The position numbers were made by a program, and so were the translations under genes. A stretch of 64,000 nt of DNA, taken from assembly GCA_028688325.1 (NCBI GenBank), contig JAQTYI010000001.1, positions 31,088 to 95,087 on the forward strand, given 5' to 3'. Origin of the DNA: Candidatus Portnoybacteria bacterium. GTDB taxonomy: Bacteria > Patescibacteriota > Minisyncoccia > Portnoybacterales > GWB1-42-6. Positions 17,907 through 27,803 of the stretch are shown piece after piece (positions within the stretch are counted from its first letter, which is position 1; the number at the start of each line of letters is the position of its first letter). The notes under the pieces were generated by a model. The model was not told where the DNA came from and searched no databases. It saw only the letters and a list, made by a program, of their open reading frames with translations.

Positions 17907-18096
17907 CCGCGCATACGAAAAACTTTAAGACAAAATCGAGATGAGCGAGGCGTTTAAAATCGCGTGCTGTGGCGGGGCCCCAAGCGTCAGCTTGGGGCGT
18001 TGTGCATAGCGATTTTAGATGAGCGAATCCGATTTTGTTAAAGTTTTATCGCCGCACGGGAACTCTTTTGCTACTTTTCTGGTTACAGAAAAGTAG
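17907..18096 (+). repeat. ~190-bp long-hairpin repeat, copy 2
   Basis: Nearly identical to 42345-42534. Confidence 0.85.
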
Positions 18097-18150
18097 ATTA
18101 AATTATATTAACCTGGATTCCCGCTTTCGCGGGAATGACAGCCGGAGATA

Positions 18151-19185
18151 TTAATTCAGGTTCAACGAATGTATATCCAAAATATATCCCCGATAATCGC
18201 CGCTGCCGACATATTTATAGGTCGGCAAGCCGATGAGCTGGCCGGCCGAATTTATCGCCGCGCCGCCGGAATTGCCCCTGTCAATTTGCGCGTCCGTGCC
18301 AAAATATATATCGCCGGAAGTCAGATTACTGATTATCCCCTTGGTCACGGAAAAATTGAATTTGGCCGATTCCGGGAAGCCGACGATGTAAACCGGATCG
18401 CCGATCTGCGGCTGGCCAACAGCCGACCGAAAAAATTGAAAAGAGTTCAAAATGGGCGCGTTCTGCGTCTGGCCGCCGGCATCCTGATAGATTACATCCT
18501 GAACTTTCAGCAAGGCCGCATCGCGTCCGCTAAAATACCCTGCCACCACCGCCCGATATTCCCTTTTATAGCTCTGGCTGGCGGTGTCATAATCGCCGCT
18601 AAAAAGCACCAGGCAGTAATCGGGCGTTTGCCCGGAAGAAAGCTGCGCCACATGCTGATTGGTTAAGATTTTTCCATCGCTGCTTATCAAAACTCCCGAA
18701 CCCAATTGCCAGGCGCCCAGAGATTTATTTTCACAAGCGATTTGCACCACCTTTTCACTGGCTTTCCATGTTTGTATCAAATTAGCATCACCTCCCGCAA
18801 AGGGCGTTTGGCCGCTTTGCGCCTGAAGCTGCTGCAATTGTTTTTCCAGCGAACTGATTTTTTGGTTTGCGCTGCTTAACGCTTCTTGCGTTTTCAGGTC
18901 CGGCGCTGGAGAGGGCGAAGCGAAAGTCAATGCAACGGCCGAAGGTTGTTTTTTCAGCGCCTCAACTTCTCTTCTTAATTGATCAATCTCCGATTGAGTT
19001 GAAGTTCCGTTGGTATTCAACGATTTAGGAACCAAAGAAAAATCCAATTTTAAATTATTCTGGCCGCCAAAAACTGAGGTAATTTCCCTGAAGATCTTGG
19101 TTTGATATTTGTATATTAAAAAACCGGCCGCACCGACGGCCATTAAAGAAATGGTGACCAAAAAAATAAAATATCTCCTGCTCAT
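18151..19185 (-). CDS. Membrane-anchored trypsin-like serine protease
   Basis: GSGVLI, ILTNQHV, DAALL, GNSGG. Confidence 0.9.
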   Translation of the reverse strand: MSRRYFIFLVTISLMAVGAAGFLIYKYQTKIFREITSVFGGQNNLKLDFSLVPKSLNTNGTSTQSEIDQLRREVEALKKQPSAVALTFASPSPAPDLKTQEALSSANQKISSLEKQLQQLQAQSGQTPFAGGDANLIQTWKASEKVVQIACENKSLGAWQLGSGVLISSDGKILTNQHVAQLSSGQTPDYCLVLFSGDYDTASQSYKREYRAVVAGYFSGRDAALLKVQDVIYQDAGGQTQNAPILNSFQFFRSAVGQPQIGDPVYIVGFPESAKFNFSVTKGIISNLTSGDIYFGTDAQIDRGNSGGAAINSAGQLIGLPTYKYVGSGDYRGYILDIHSLNLN

Positions 19186-19189
19186 TTTA

Positions 19190-20422
19190 TTACAATGTAA
19201 ACAGATAATAAAACAATAAAACATCGCCCAAAACCAGAAGAACCATAGTCAGCCACCCGCCAAACACGCTTAAGCGCGTGCAGCAAAAATTTCCCATTAC
19301 TTTAGGTTCTCTGGCCAAGCGCAAAATTAAATAGATTATGACCGGCGTTATAGCGCCGACCATTACCTGCGAATAAAATAACGCCTTGATGGGGTTCAAG
19401 TCAAACAGCAACGCGGCCAGACAGAAAACAAAACCGAATGTTATCATCCCGTAAAACCCTTTGGCTTGGCTCGGTTTCCGGTTCAAACCCTCGGGCAGCT
19501 TGAAAAATTCGGCTATGCCATAAGCCGAAGAAACCGCCAAAATAGGAATTGCCAAAATACCCGAACCGATAAGGCCCAAACCGAACAGTTTCGTGGCCCA
19601 CGGCCCGGCCACCGGCGCCAACGCCCGGGCGATGTCTTTAACGGTCAAAATATTTATATCGGTCTTGAGCATAACGCTGGCGCTGGCCACGATGACAAAA
19701 AACGCCGCTAAGGCGCTGTAAATAAATCCCAGCACCACCGCCCGGCTCGAAGAGCTGATCTGCTTTGCGCCTCGCGCCTCTTCGATTTCCTGTTCCGTCT
19801 GCCAAAAAAACGCGTAGGGAGAAAAACTGGTTCCTATCAAGCCCAAGGCCGCCATAAAATACGCAATATTAAATTTTATCGGCGGATAAATGATCGATTT
19901 GAAAATCAAGCCCCAATCGGGCTTAGCCAGGATGCCGGCAAAAAAATAAGCCAGAATGATGCCGGCGAACCAGAAAAAATACCGGGCGATCTTTTTATAG
20001 CTGTCAAAAACTATCACATACCAGACGAAGATTATCAGCGGAACGATGAAATAAATATAATTCCAGCTGGTTAAAAGCTGGAAACCCGCGGCCATGCCGA
20101 TAATATCGGCCACCAGCGTCAGAAGATTGGCCACGACCAAAACCAACACCGCCAAAAGGGCCACGCGCCGGCCGAAATGTTCCTTTATCAAAGTTATGAG
20201 CCCCTTTTTGGTAACATCGCCTATTCGCGCCGTTATCTGATGGATGGCGATAAGCAGAGGAGTTGAAACCAAAAGAAGCCAGAGCTGAGAAAACCCCGTT
20301 GTCGCACCGATCACCGAGTAAGTGGAAATGCTTGACGGATCGTCATCCGCGCTGGCCGTTATGATGCCCGGCAGATAGGACCGGCGAAATCGTTTTATCG
20401 GTTTTAAAAAATAGTGGAGCAT
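19190..20422 (-). CDS. NRAMP-family divalent metal transporter
   Basis: PGIITASADDDPSSI and about 11 TM segments. Confidence 0.9.
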   Translation of the reverse strand: MLHYFLKPIKRFRRSYLPGIITASADDDPSSISTYSVIGATTGFSQLWLLLVSTPLLIAIHQITARIGDVTKKGLITLIKEHFGRRVALLAVLVLVVANLLTLVADIIGMAAGFQLLTSWNYIYFIVPLIIFVWYVIVFDSYKKIARYFFWFAGIILAYFFAGILAKPDWGLIFKSIIYPPIKFNIAYFMAALGLIGTSFSPYAFFWQTEQEIEEARGAKQISSSSRAVVLGFIYSALAAFFVIVASASVMLKTDINILTVKDIARALAPVAGPWATKLFGLGLIGSGILAIPILAVSSAYGIAEFFKLPEGLNRKPSQAKGFYGMITFGFVFCLAALLFDLNPIKALFYSQVMVGAITPVIIYLILRLAREPKVMGNFCCTRLSVFGGWLTMVLLVLGDVLLFYYLFTL

Positions 20423-20555
20423 ACAATTAAAGTATATCTAAATTACCGCTAAAAATAAAGATTCGGGCGCAAAACTTTAACCTGGCGCTAAAACCCCGCC
20501 ATGGCGGGGTTTTAGCGCTTTACTCAAACGCTTATTTATCCGTTAATTTACCGAT

Positions 20556-21524
20556 TCACTTCGTCTTCACCGGCGTCAACGGCGCCTCGCCAGATAGTAC
20601 CGCGATAATATTTTTGGCCGCCAATTCGCTCATGGCCGAGCGGGTTTCTTCCGTGGCCGAAGCGATATGGGGCACAAGTACCGTATTTGGCAACTCGGCC
20701 AATCCCGGCGCCATTTTCGGCTCTTGCTCATAGACATCCAAGGCCGCGCCTTTTATCTCGCCGGCTTTTAATGCCTCCACCAATGCGGCTTCATCAACTA
20801 TCGGACCGCGGGAAGTGTTGACCAGGTATGCCGTCTTTTTCATCATCTTCAATTTTTCAGCGTTTATCAGGTGCTTGGTTTCCGGTGTCATCGGGACATG
20901 GATAGAAACGAAATCCGATTGCTGCAACAAAGTATCCAAATCCGCGAACTGCAGATTATATTTTTTCTCCAGCTCCTCATTACGCTTGGCATCATAATAT
21001 AAAATTTTCATTTCGAAGCCATCAAACATCCTCTTGGCCACGGCCGCGCCGATCCGGCCAAAACCCACTAATCCTAAGGTCTTCCCCACCAAGTCATTCC
21101 CCAAAAACATCATCGGCCCCCAGCCCATATATTTGCCGTCGCGCATGAACTGGTCCGCCTCGACCACCCGCCGGGAAATGGCGAATATCAAGGCAATCGC
21201 CATTTCGGCGACCGACTCGGTCAGAACATCGGGGGTATTAGTAATAATCACATTATGCGCCGCCGCGTCTTTTAAATTTATGTTATCGTAGCCCACCGCG
21301 TAGTTGGCGATGATTTTCAACTGCGGCCCGGCCGCGTCCATCAATTCCGCGTCCATTTTATCGGTCAGTAAAGATAAAATTGCGTCCACGCCTTTAACTT
21401 TGGCCAGCAATTGTTCGCGCGGCAAGACCCCGTCAACGGCCGACACTTCCACTTCAAAGCCCTTTTCCTGGAGTATTTTTATACCGGCTTCCGGAAGGCG
21501 CCGGGTCACAAAAACTTTTGGCAT
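20556..21524 (-). CDS. D-2-hydroxyacid dehydrogenase (glyoxylate reductase/D-glycerate dehydrogenase type)
   Basis: GLVGFGRIG, NTSRG, LDVYEQEP, PHIAS. Confidence 0.93.
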   Translation of the reverse strand: MPKVFVTRRLPEAGIKILQEKGFEVEVSAVDGVLPREQLLAKVKGVDAILSLLTDKMDAELMDAAGPQLKIIANYAVGYDNINLKDAAAHNVIITNTPDVLTESVAEMAIALIFAISRRVVEADQFMRDGKYMGWGPMMFLGNDLVGKTLGLVGFGRIGAAVAKRMFDGFEMKILYYDAKRNEELEKKYNLQFADLDTLLQQSDFVSIHVPMTPETKHLINAEKLKMMKKTAYLVNTSRGPIVDEAALVEALKAGEIKGAALDVYEQEPKMAPGLAELPNTVLVPHIASATEETRSAMSELAAKNIIAVLSGEAPLTPVKTK

Positions 21525-21560
21525 ATGTTTTACTTTCTTAATTTAAAATAATTATTCGTA

Positions 21561-22433
21561 TTATGCTTTACCGGCCGAACCGAACATCCTGATCTTTTCC
21601 GCCACCACTTTTTTAACCTCCTCAAAACTGTGCTCCAAAATCTTATACGGCGTGGTTTCGTCGGGTTTTTCCGCCAATTCCTTATCCAATCCGGCTTTAT
21701 AGGCCAAGCGAAGTTCCGTGTTGATGTTGACTTTCGCGATTCCCATCTCTATCGCCTTTTTAACATCTTCAGCTGGAATGCCGGAACCCCCGTGCAAAAC
21801 TAAAAACGCCTTATCGCCAATAGCTTCTTTAATCTCCGCCAGGCGCTTCAAGTGCAGTTTTTCTTCGCCCGCCGCGAAAACGCCATGCGCGTTACCGATA
21901 ACCACGGCCAAGGAGTCCACGCCTGTTCTCTCAATAAAATCCAACGCCTGTTCCGGGCTAGTCAGATCACTTTCTTTAATTTCCAGTTTTTCCTTATGCA
22001 AAGATGAGGCGCCCCGCAGATAACCTAGCTCCCCCTCCACGATAATTTCCCGGTCAAAAGTTTTTTCCACCTGCCGGATGTATTTTACGACTTCATTCGT
22101 CTGCGCCAAGTTCTTCTCATAGGGCAAAGAAGAGCCGTCAAAATGCACGGCGTTGTAGCCCGCGGCCACGACTTTTTTTATTATCTCCAGGCTCTTGCCA
22201 TGGTCCAGATTCAAAATTATCGGCAATTTGGTCGCCTCGCGCCAGGCCTCAACCAAAGCAGCGGCTTCGCGCATACCGATAAAACCCGCCTCCCCCTCGG
22301 AAGTTGAAACGATTATCGGCGATTTCAATTCTTGCGCCGCGGCCACAATGGCCTTTAAAATTTCCGCGGTGGAAAAATTAAAGGAACCCACGGCGTATTT
22401 TCCTTGTTGGGCTTTTTTTAGAATTTCTTTCAT
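21561..22433 (-). CDS. fba: Class II fructose-bisphosphate aldolase
   Basis: NLDHG, FDGS, VEGELG, GNAHG, VLHGGSG, KVNINT. Confidence 0.93.
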   Translation of the reverse strand: MKEILKKAQQGKYAVGSFNFSTAEILKAIVAAAQELKSPIIVSTSEGEAGFIGMREAAALVEAWREATKLPIILNLDHGKSLEIIKKVVAAGYNAVHFDGSSLPYEKNLAQTNEVVKYIRQVEKTFDREIIVEGELGYLRGASSLHKEKLEIKESDLTSPEQALDFIERTGVDSLAVVIGNAHGVFAAGEEKLHLKRLAEIKEAIGDKAFLVLHGGSGIPAEDVKKAIEMGIAKVNINTELRLAYKAGLDKELAEKPDETTPYKILEHSFEEVKKVVAEKIRMFGSAGKA

Positions 22434-22437
22434 ATTT

Positions 22438-22900
22438 TAACTACTAAATACTAATTTTTACGAATATACTAAAAATTATTTAATATTCAAAACTCTTTTA
22501 AATTTAACTCCAGTTTTTGAGAAGTGAGCAATAATTCCCAGCATCAAACCCTTGGCTTTTAAATAAGAATACAGCTGGCTAATATCTTTTTTAGAAAAAT
22601 AATCCCTGACTTTAATTTCTAAAACTATTTTGTCGTCGATCAAAAAATCGAAAAAATACTTTCCCACTATGCTCCCGCGATAGTTAATTTTTACCGGCAA
22701 TTGCTCAATAAAAACGATCCTTTCTCGTTCCAAATCTTTAGCTACTGCTCTTTGATAAAAAACTTCTTTGTGGTTGCTGCCAATATTGCTCCATACATTA
22801 AACAAAATACCCACAATCTTATAAGATAACTCCGGATATACCAAATCATCCCTTATCTTCACCATTTTGTATATTAGTACAAATTAGTATTTAGTAGTTA
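22438..22900. mobile_element. GxxExxY cassette bounded by perfect 20-bp inverted repeats
   Basis: TAACTACTAAATACTAATTT (22438-22457) and AAATTAGTATTTAGTAGTTA (22881-22900). Confidence 0.7.
22476..22865 (-). CDS. GxxExxY protein (PD-(D/E)XK nuclease-like)
   Basis: GSNHKEVFYQ, DFLIDDKIVLEIK, QLYSYLK; AT-rich relative to its neighbours. Confidence 0.92.
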   Translation of the reverse strand: MVKIRDDLVYPELSYKIVGILFNVWSNIGSNHKEVFYQRAVAKDLERERIVFIEQLPVKINYRGSIVGKYFFDFLIDDKIVLEIKVRDYFSKKDISQLYSYLKAKGLMLGIIAHFSKTGVKFKRVLNIK

Positions 22901-24166
22901 CAACTCGATGAATCCTTTCTCAATATTGTTCAAAACTAATTCCCTCAACTTTTCCTCCCCCATAAATTCCATGAATATCTTATTCCACAGCGATTCCTGC
23001 TGGTGATAAAGATATTTTCCAAGACCCCCGTGGGTCAAGGCCACGATATTGTCTATCAGATCAAAGCTCACGATTTCTTCGCCTTTTTTACCGGCCAGGA
23101 ATATATCGCCGGCAAAATCATCGGCGCCACGCCAAAATTCCATATCGGCTTGCGGATATTTTTCCGCCAAAAGATCCATTTCTTTTTCCGCCCGCAGCCA
23201 ATGTAAATTCTCCGTGTTCACATGGGGCTCAAAAAGCCGCGGATCCTGAGGATCCGCCTTGGCCAAATATCTTTGGATAACTCTCCAAGATATTTTTCCG
23301 TCCTGCAAAGCGGCGCCCGATGCTTTGCCGGAAAGTAAATCCACAATGTTTTTTCCAAAGTCCGGCCGCTTTGCGTATCGCCTGAACAACTCGCAATAAA
23401 AATCGATTTCGTGAATATAGTGCAAGACCAAACTGAATGTTTCCGCGATCCGGCCGGGAGCGTAGACATGGACGCCGCCGTTCCCGTTAGAGGCCTCGGG
23501 GATGATAAAAACAAGGCCAAGCTCTTTCAAGTGGCTGATGTGATGAAGCTTTTTGCCGACAAATTTAGCGCCGATCTTCGCCCATTTTTCAGAAAGCACG
23601 CGCACTTTTATTTCCCTTTCTTCAAAATTATCCGCGGTTAAGTCATTATACGGCCTGAAAAATGTTTCGTTCAGCCAACGCTCGTTTTCCACAAAGCGCA
23701 AGGCGGCAAAAACTTCATACAAATTCTCCTTGGCCAGCATTTCTTGCACGCCGGCGTACCCTAAATCGCCCAAAATATTTTTGGGCGGATTCAAGAACAA
23801 AAAATCGCGCAGTTTTTCTTCTTGCAAAAAAAATCCGTTTTTTACGCCAGAAATTTCCTTTATCTTGCCTATCATGACTCCGCAGCCGTCCTGCTTGCTC
23901 AGATCCGGCTCGCCCAAAAATTCATAGAATGCCTTGTCGGCTTCTTTGGTTTTTTCAAAAAGCTTCGCCTGCACCAATTGAGCATCGGCTTTTTCTTCCG
24001 CTATGCCGAGTTCCTTTAATTTTTGCTTGACTATAGCTTCGTTCTCCTTGCAAATTTTTTCGGCCACGCCGGTTGTGCCGGTCAATTTTTCCATTTTGGC
24101 GAAAATCTCGGCCAAAACGCTTTCGGGCGAACGCAATAATGCGGCGATTTTTTGGACTGGTGTCAT
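22898..24166 (-). CDS. Hypothetical protein embedded in the sugar-phosphate operon
   Basis: 422-aa ORF tightly spaced after pfkB; no family recognised. Confidence 0.85.
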   Translation of the reverse strand: MTPVQKIAALLRSPESVLAEIFAKMEKLTGTTGVAEKICKENEAIVKQKLKELGIAEEKADAQLVQAKLFEKTKEADKAFYEFLGEPDLSKQDGCGVMIGKIKEISGVKNGFFLQEEKLRDFLFLNPPKNILGDLGYAGVQEMLAKENLYEVFAALRFVENERWLNETFFRPYNDLTADNFEEREIKVRVLSEKWAKIGAKFVGKKLHHISHLKELGLVFIIPEASNGNGGVHVYAPGRIAETFSLVLHYIHEIDFYCELFRRYAKRPDFGKNIVDLLSGKASGAALQDGKISWRVIQRYLAKADPQDPRLFEPHVNTENLHWLRAEKEMDLLAEKYPQADMEFWRGADDFAGDIFLAGKKGEEIVSFDLIDNIVALTHGGLGKYLYHQQESLWNKIFMEFMGEEKLRELVLNNIEKGFIEL

Positions 24167-24176
24167 TTTATGGAAT

Positions 24177-25169
24177 TTATTTTTTTATACCCTGCGCGGA
24201 TACTTGCACCTTTTCCCAGGGCCCCCATTCTCCTTTTTTCAACAAGCCGTTTTTGGCGCCAAGCTTTTGAATCGTGCCAGTGGCGTTGGCTGTGCCGAAT
24301 TGTATGGCCTCGCTGACTGAGCCGCCGTTGATTATCGTTGCCGCAAAGCCAGAACCGAACGCGTCGCCCGAGCCCGTGCGATCAACATAGCCGGATTCGG
24401 GAATCCCGGCCCGATAAATGTTCTTGCCGTCCGAGACCGCCACGCCGTCTTTTCCCTTGCTCATCACTGCGATACCCGGCACCAGTTCGTCAAATTTTTT
24501 GAACAGTTCCTCTTCTTCCTTAAAATAAATGCCGGTTATCAGTGTGGCTTCTTCTTGATTAACCAATAAAATGTCTATTTTGTTCAAAAGTTTTTTTAAA
24601 ACATCCAGGTCTTTTGTTAGCTGATCGTGGCCGGGATTTACCGCCAATTTGATTTTATTATCCGCGGCAAAATTAATTATCGGCTCAAATGTTTTTGATG
24701 CCTCGCCCGACAACCCCGAAAGATAGAACCACCTGGACCGCTTCAGCCGCTCAAAAGGAATATCTTCCAGCGATAAAAGATGCGACGCCCCCTCATACAC
24801 CAAAATGCTCCTGTCTTTGCCGAGAGCGGATAAAATTATGGAATGGGGCGTGCTCGCCTTTTGAGTCGTCTTTATAAAACTGCAATCAACGCCCAAATCG
24901 TTCATTTCGCGAAATACTTCCAGCCCGCTTTGGTCATTGCCTATAAGCCCGACATACGCGGTTTCCAGCCCTTGCAGCGCAAACGACGCGGCACAATTTG
25001 TGCCGCCTCCGCCCGTGGCGAAAACCAATTCTTCAATGTAAATTTTCCCGCCCGCTTCCACGGCCAAGGCCTTGCCGGTCACAAATTCCGGACTATCAAT
25101 GATTTTAAATTCCTTGCCGCGCACGAAAATATCGCGTGTGGCCGAGCCGAAAGTTATTACATCATACAT
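24177..25169 (-). CDS. PfkB-family carbohydrate kinase
   Basis: GGGGTNCA, NQEEA, DRTGSGDAFGSG. Confidence 0.93.
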   Translation of the reverse strand: MYDVITFGSATRDIFVRGKEFKIIDSPEFVTGKALAVEAGGKIYIEELVFATGGGGTNCAASFALQGLETAYVGLIGNDQSGLEVFREMNDLGVDCSFIKTTQKASTPHSIILSALGKDRSILVYEGASHLLSLEDIPFERLKRSRWFYLSGLSGEASKTFEPIINFAADNKIKLAVNPGHDQLTKDLDVLKKLLNKIDILLVNQEEATLITGIYFKEEEELFKKFDELVPGIAVMSKGKDGVAVSDGKNIYRAGIPESGYVDRTGSGDAFGSGFAATIINGGSVSEAIQFGTANATGTIQKLGAKNGLLKKGEWGPWEKVQVSAQGIKK

Positions 25170-25212
25170 AAATTATGATCTGTCATTCTGGCGAAAGCCA
25201 GAATCCAGGTTT

Positions 25213-25504
25213 TTATAATTCGTAATACAAATCGCGCCATTGAGGATTTATTTTTTCAATCAATTCTATTTTCCATTTTCTTTTCCAATTTTTCAGTTGT
25301 TTTTCTCTATTTAAAGCGCTGTATGCATCATTGATATAATCATAATAAACAAGCGAATGTAACTTGTATTTCTTAGTAAAGCCCATCGACCGCATTACTT
25401 TTATGTTCCCAAATCCTTTTTTTCAAATTAGAAGTAACTCTTATATATAAAGTACCGTTTCACCCGCCAGCAAGAATATAAACATAATAATTCTTCAAAT
25501 TCAT
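25213..25504 (-). pseudogene. GIY-YIG nuclease pseudogene
   Basis: MNLKNYYVYILAGG*NGTLYIRVTSNLKKRIWEHK, then a frameshift into GFTKKY...REKQLKNWKRKWKIELIEKINPQW; in-frame TGA at 25460-25462. Confidence 0.85.
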
Positions 25505-25535
25505 TCCTGGATGCCGGGTCAAGCCCGGCATGATA

Positions 25536-27791
25536 CTAATTGATAGCTTTTTTTATCTGCTCCAATATCCCCTGCGGATCAAATTGCGCCAGTTTATAAA
25601 CATCCGCCACCGGTCCGGATTTAAGAAATTTGTCTATCTCCAGAGTCCGCTTTTCATAATCGGCCGGCAGCATAAACGGGTCCAAAAAGCCCGACCAGCC
25701 GTTATGGATAGTGATGACAATTTTCCTGTCTTCATCCGAAAAGATTTCCTCGGCTTTGGCCGGATTGTTCCTGCGCAGTTCCACAAAAAGCTCAGGCGAG
25801 GTCACCGCCACGATCTTAACATCCGAGTCCTTTTCCAGCTCCGGCAGGATTTCCAAGGTATTGGCCAGCGATTGCCCGCCGCAGATCGCCAAACAAATCT
25901 TACGCTTGCCGTTGTTTGCAAACGGCTTAAAAACATACGCGCCGTTAACCGCTTCCCTGGCCGCGGGAACCGTAAAATCGCCATACGCCCCATCTCCGCG
26001 CTTCAAAACAGGCGTCAGCGGACGCATCACGGAAAAAGCCACCGGCTCTTGTTTGGCCATCGCGTAAAAAAGCATTTCTACCGCTTCGTTGGCGTCCATG
26101 GGCTTATAAACTTTGATGCCGGGATACGCGTCAAAAAGCGCCATCCAGAAAAGCCCCTGATGGGTCGGGCCATCTTCACCCGTCTCGGGGCCATCGTGCG
26201 CCGCCAACATGATGAAAAATCCGTTCATAGCGGGATTGACCATATTGTTGATTATCGCCATGCGCACCGCGTTGCCCATCATGGAAGTAAAAACGCCGTA
26301 GGTTGAAAAAATGCTCATGGCCTTAAAACCGCCCGGCAAAATATCCTGCGTGATAGTTGCCGACATCATCGCCATATTGGGCTCGGCGATGCCGAATCTG
26401 AATCCCCTGCCCAACGGATTTTTCGCATTGACTATGCCGTAGATATTTTCCGCGGCCGCCGTCAGGGTTGATTTTGCCAGATCATCCGAGCCGGCGTAAA
26501 AAAACGCGCTCTGCCCCATCATCCATTTAAAGAATGCCTCGGTCGCTTTCCGGACAGCCGCCGGCTCGCCTTCTTTGAAAACCAGCTCCGGCGGCAAAAC
26601 AGCCGGCCGCTTGATGGAACGGTAATCGGCCATGGGTCTGCCGGCCAATGCCGCTTTCATCTTTTCCGCCAGCTCGCTTTCGGGTTTCAACATTTTTTTG
26701 CTGACTTCCATGCGCTCCAGAACATAAAACACATCATCGCGCGTAAGCTTGGATAAAACGACTTTGACATCGTCGGCGGTTTGCCCTTCAACGCCCGGAA
26801 TATCAAAACCGAGTTTTTTCATTATCTCGACATATTCCGGGTGCGGCGCCGGCGTGCCATGCGAATCGGCCGTGCCTTCCAATTTTCCGTAATCCTTGCC
26901 TTTGATGGTATGACAGACAACCGCCGTGGGCCGGCCATTGCCAAAACCCGCGCACGCTTTTTTGTACGCTTGCGCCAATTCCAAAACATTGTGGCCGTCA
27001 ACTTCTATAACATTCCAGCCAAAACCCAGCCAATGGTTCAGATACGGAGTTGAAATAACATCGGTAATAGGACCGTCAATGCCAAAGCCGTTCCAGTCCA
27101 CCGAGACAATGATATTATCGCCGCCCATGGAAACGATGGTATTTCGCGCTTCGTAGCTTATGCCTTCTTCGGTTTCCGCATCGCCAGATAGAACGAAAAC
27201 TTTTCCATCCAGGCCATTGGTTTTTTGCAGCATCGCCAAAGCCAGCGCGCAGGAAAGGCCGTGTCCGGATGAGCCGGTTGATGCGTCAGCCAAAGGATAT
27301 TTTGACTCCACATGGCCGCTCGGGCCGTCGCAGCGCCGGAACTTTTCCAGGCAAACCGGCAAGTCAAAACCCAAAATTTCCTTATCGGCCTTGGTGCCGC
27401 CTTTTTCTATAACATCATATATTAAAGCCAAAATCGCATGATGCAGCGGCGTGCAGTGGCCCGCGGACCAGACAACCCTGTCGCGGCCGGGGTTTTTCGG
27501 CGCCATCGGATCAAAAGCCATCACGCCCGAAAATATCATCGCCAAAAGCTGTTCCACCTTGGAAGAAGAACCGCCTGGATGTCCGGATTTTATGCCATCG
27601 ATCGCGGCGAACGCCAAACCGCGGATAATTTTTGCCAGCCGATTTATTTTTTCCACATCGAGACCCTCGATCGGCGCCAATTCCAAACCTTTAATATTCA
27701 AATATACTCCGCCTTCGGATTTGAATTCAAATCTTTGCGGCTCGGCCCGTTTTAAAGCATCCAGGTCTTTTTGCTCGAGAATATTATACAT
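25536..27791 (-). CDS. tkt: Transketolase
   Basis: SGHPGGS, WSAGH, STGSSGHG, GDAE...N, FGIAE, GEDGPTHQ. Confidence 0.93.
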   Translation of the reverse strand: MYNILEQKDLDALKRAEPQRFEFKSEGGVYLNIKGLELAPIEGLDVEKINRLAKIIRGLAFAAIDGIKSGHPGGSSSKVEQLLAMIFSGVMAFDPMAPKNPGRDRVVWSAGHCTPLHHAILALIYDVIEKGGTKADKEILGFDLPVCLEKFRRCDGPSGHVESKYPLADASTGSSGHGLSCALALAMLQKTNGLDGKVFVLSGDAETEEGISYEARNTIVSMGGDNIIVSVDWNGFGIDGPITDVISTPYLNHWLGFGWNVIEVDGHNVLELAQAYKKACAGFGNGRPTAVVCHTIKGKDYGKLEGTADSHGTPAPHPEYVEIMKKLGFDIPGVEGQTADDVKVVLSKLTRDDVFYVLERMEVSKKMLKPESELAEKMKAALAGRPMADYRSIKRPAVLPPELVFKEGEPAAVRKATEAFFKWMMGQSAFFYAGSDDLAKSTLTAAAENIYGIVNAKNPLGRGFRFGIAEPNMAMMSATITQDILPGGFKAMSIFSTYGVFTSMMGNAVRMAIINNMVNPAMNGFFIMLAAHDGPETGEDGPTHQGLFWMALFDAYPGIKVYKPMDANEAVEMLFYAMAKQEPVAFSVMRPLTPVLKRGDGAYGDFTVPAAREAVNGAYVFKPFANNGKRKICLAICGGQSLANTLEILPELEKDSDVKIVAVTSPELFVELRRNNPAKAEEIFSDEDRKIVITIHNGWSGFLDPFMLPADYEKRTLEIDKFLKSGPVADVYKLAQFDPQGILEQIKKAIN

Positions 27792-27803
27792 AACAAACTT
27801 TTC

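Noticed and set aside
25460-25462. TGA recoding (genetic code 25)
   Set aside because: The same gene also has a frameshift, other genes end in TGA (e.g. 5066, gatB), and long genes translate cleanly in code 11.
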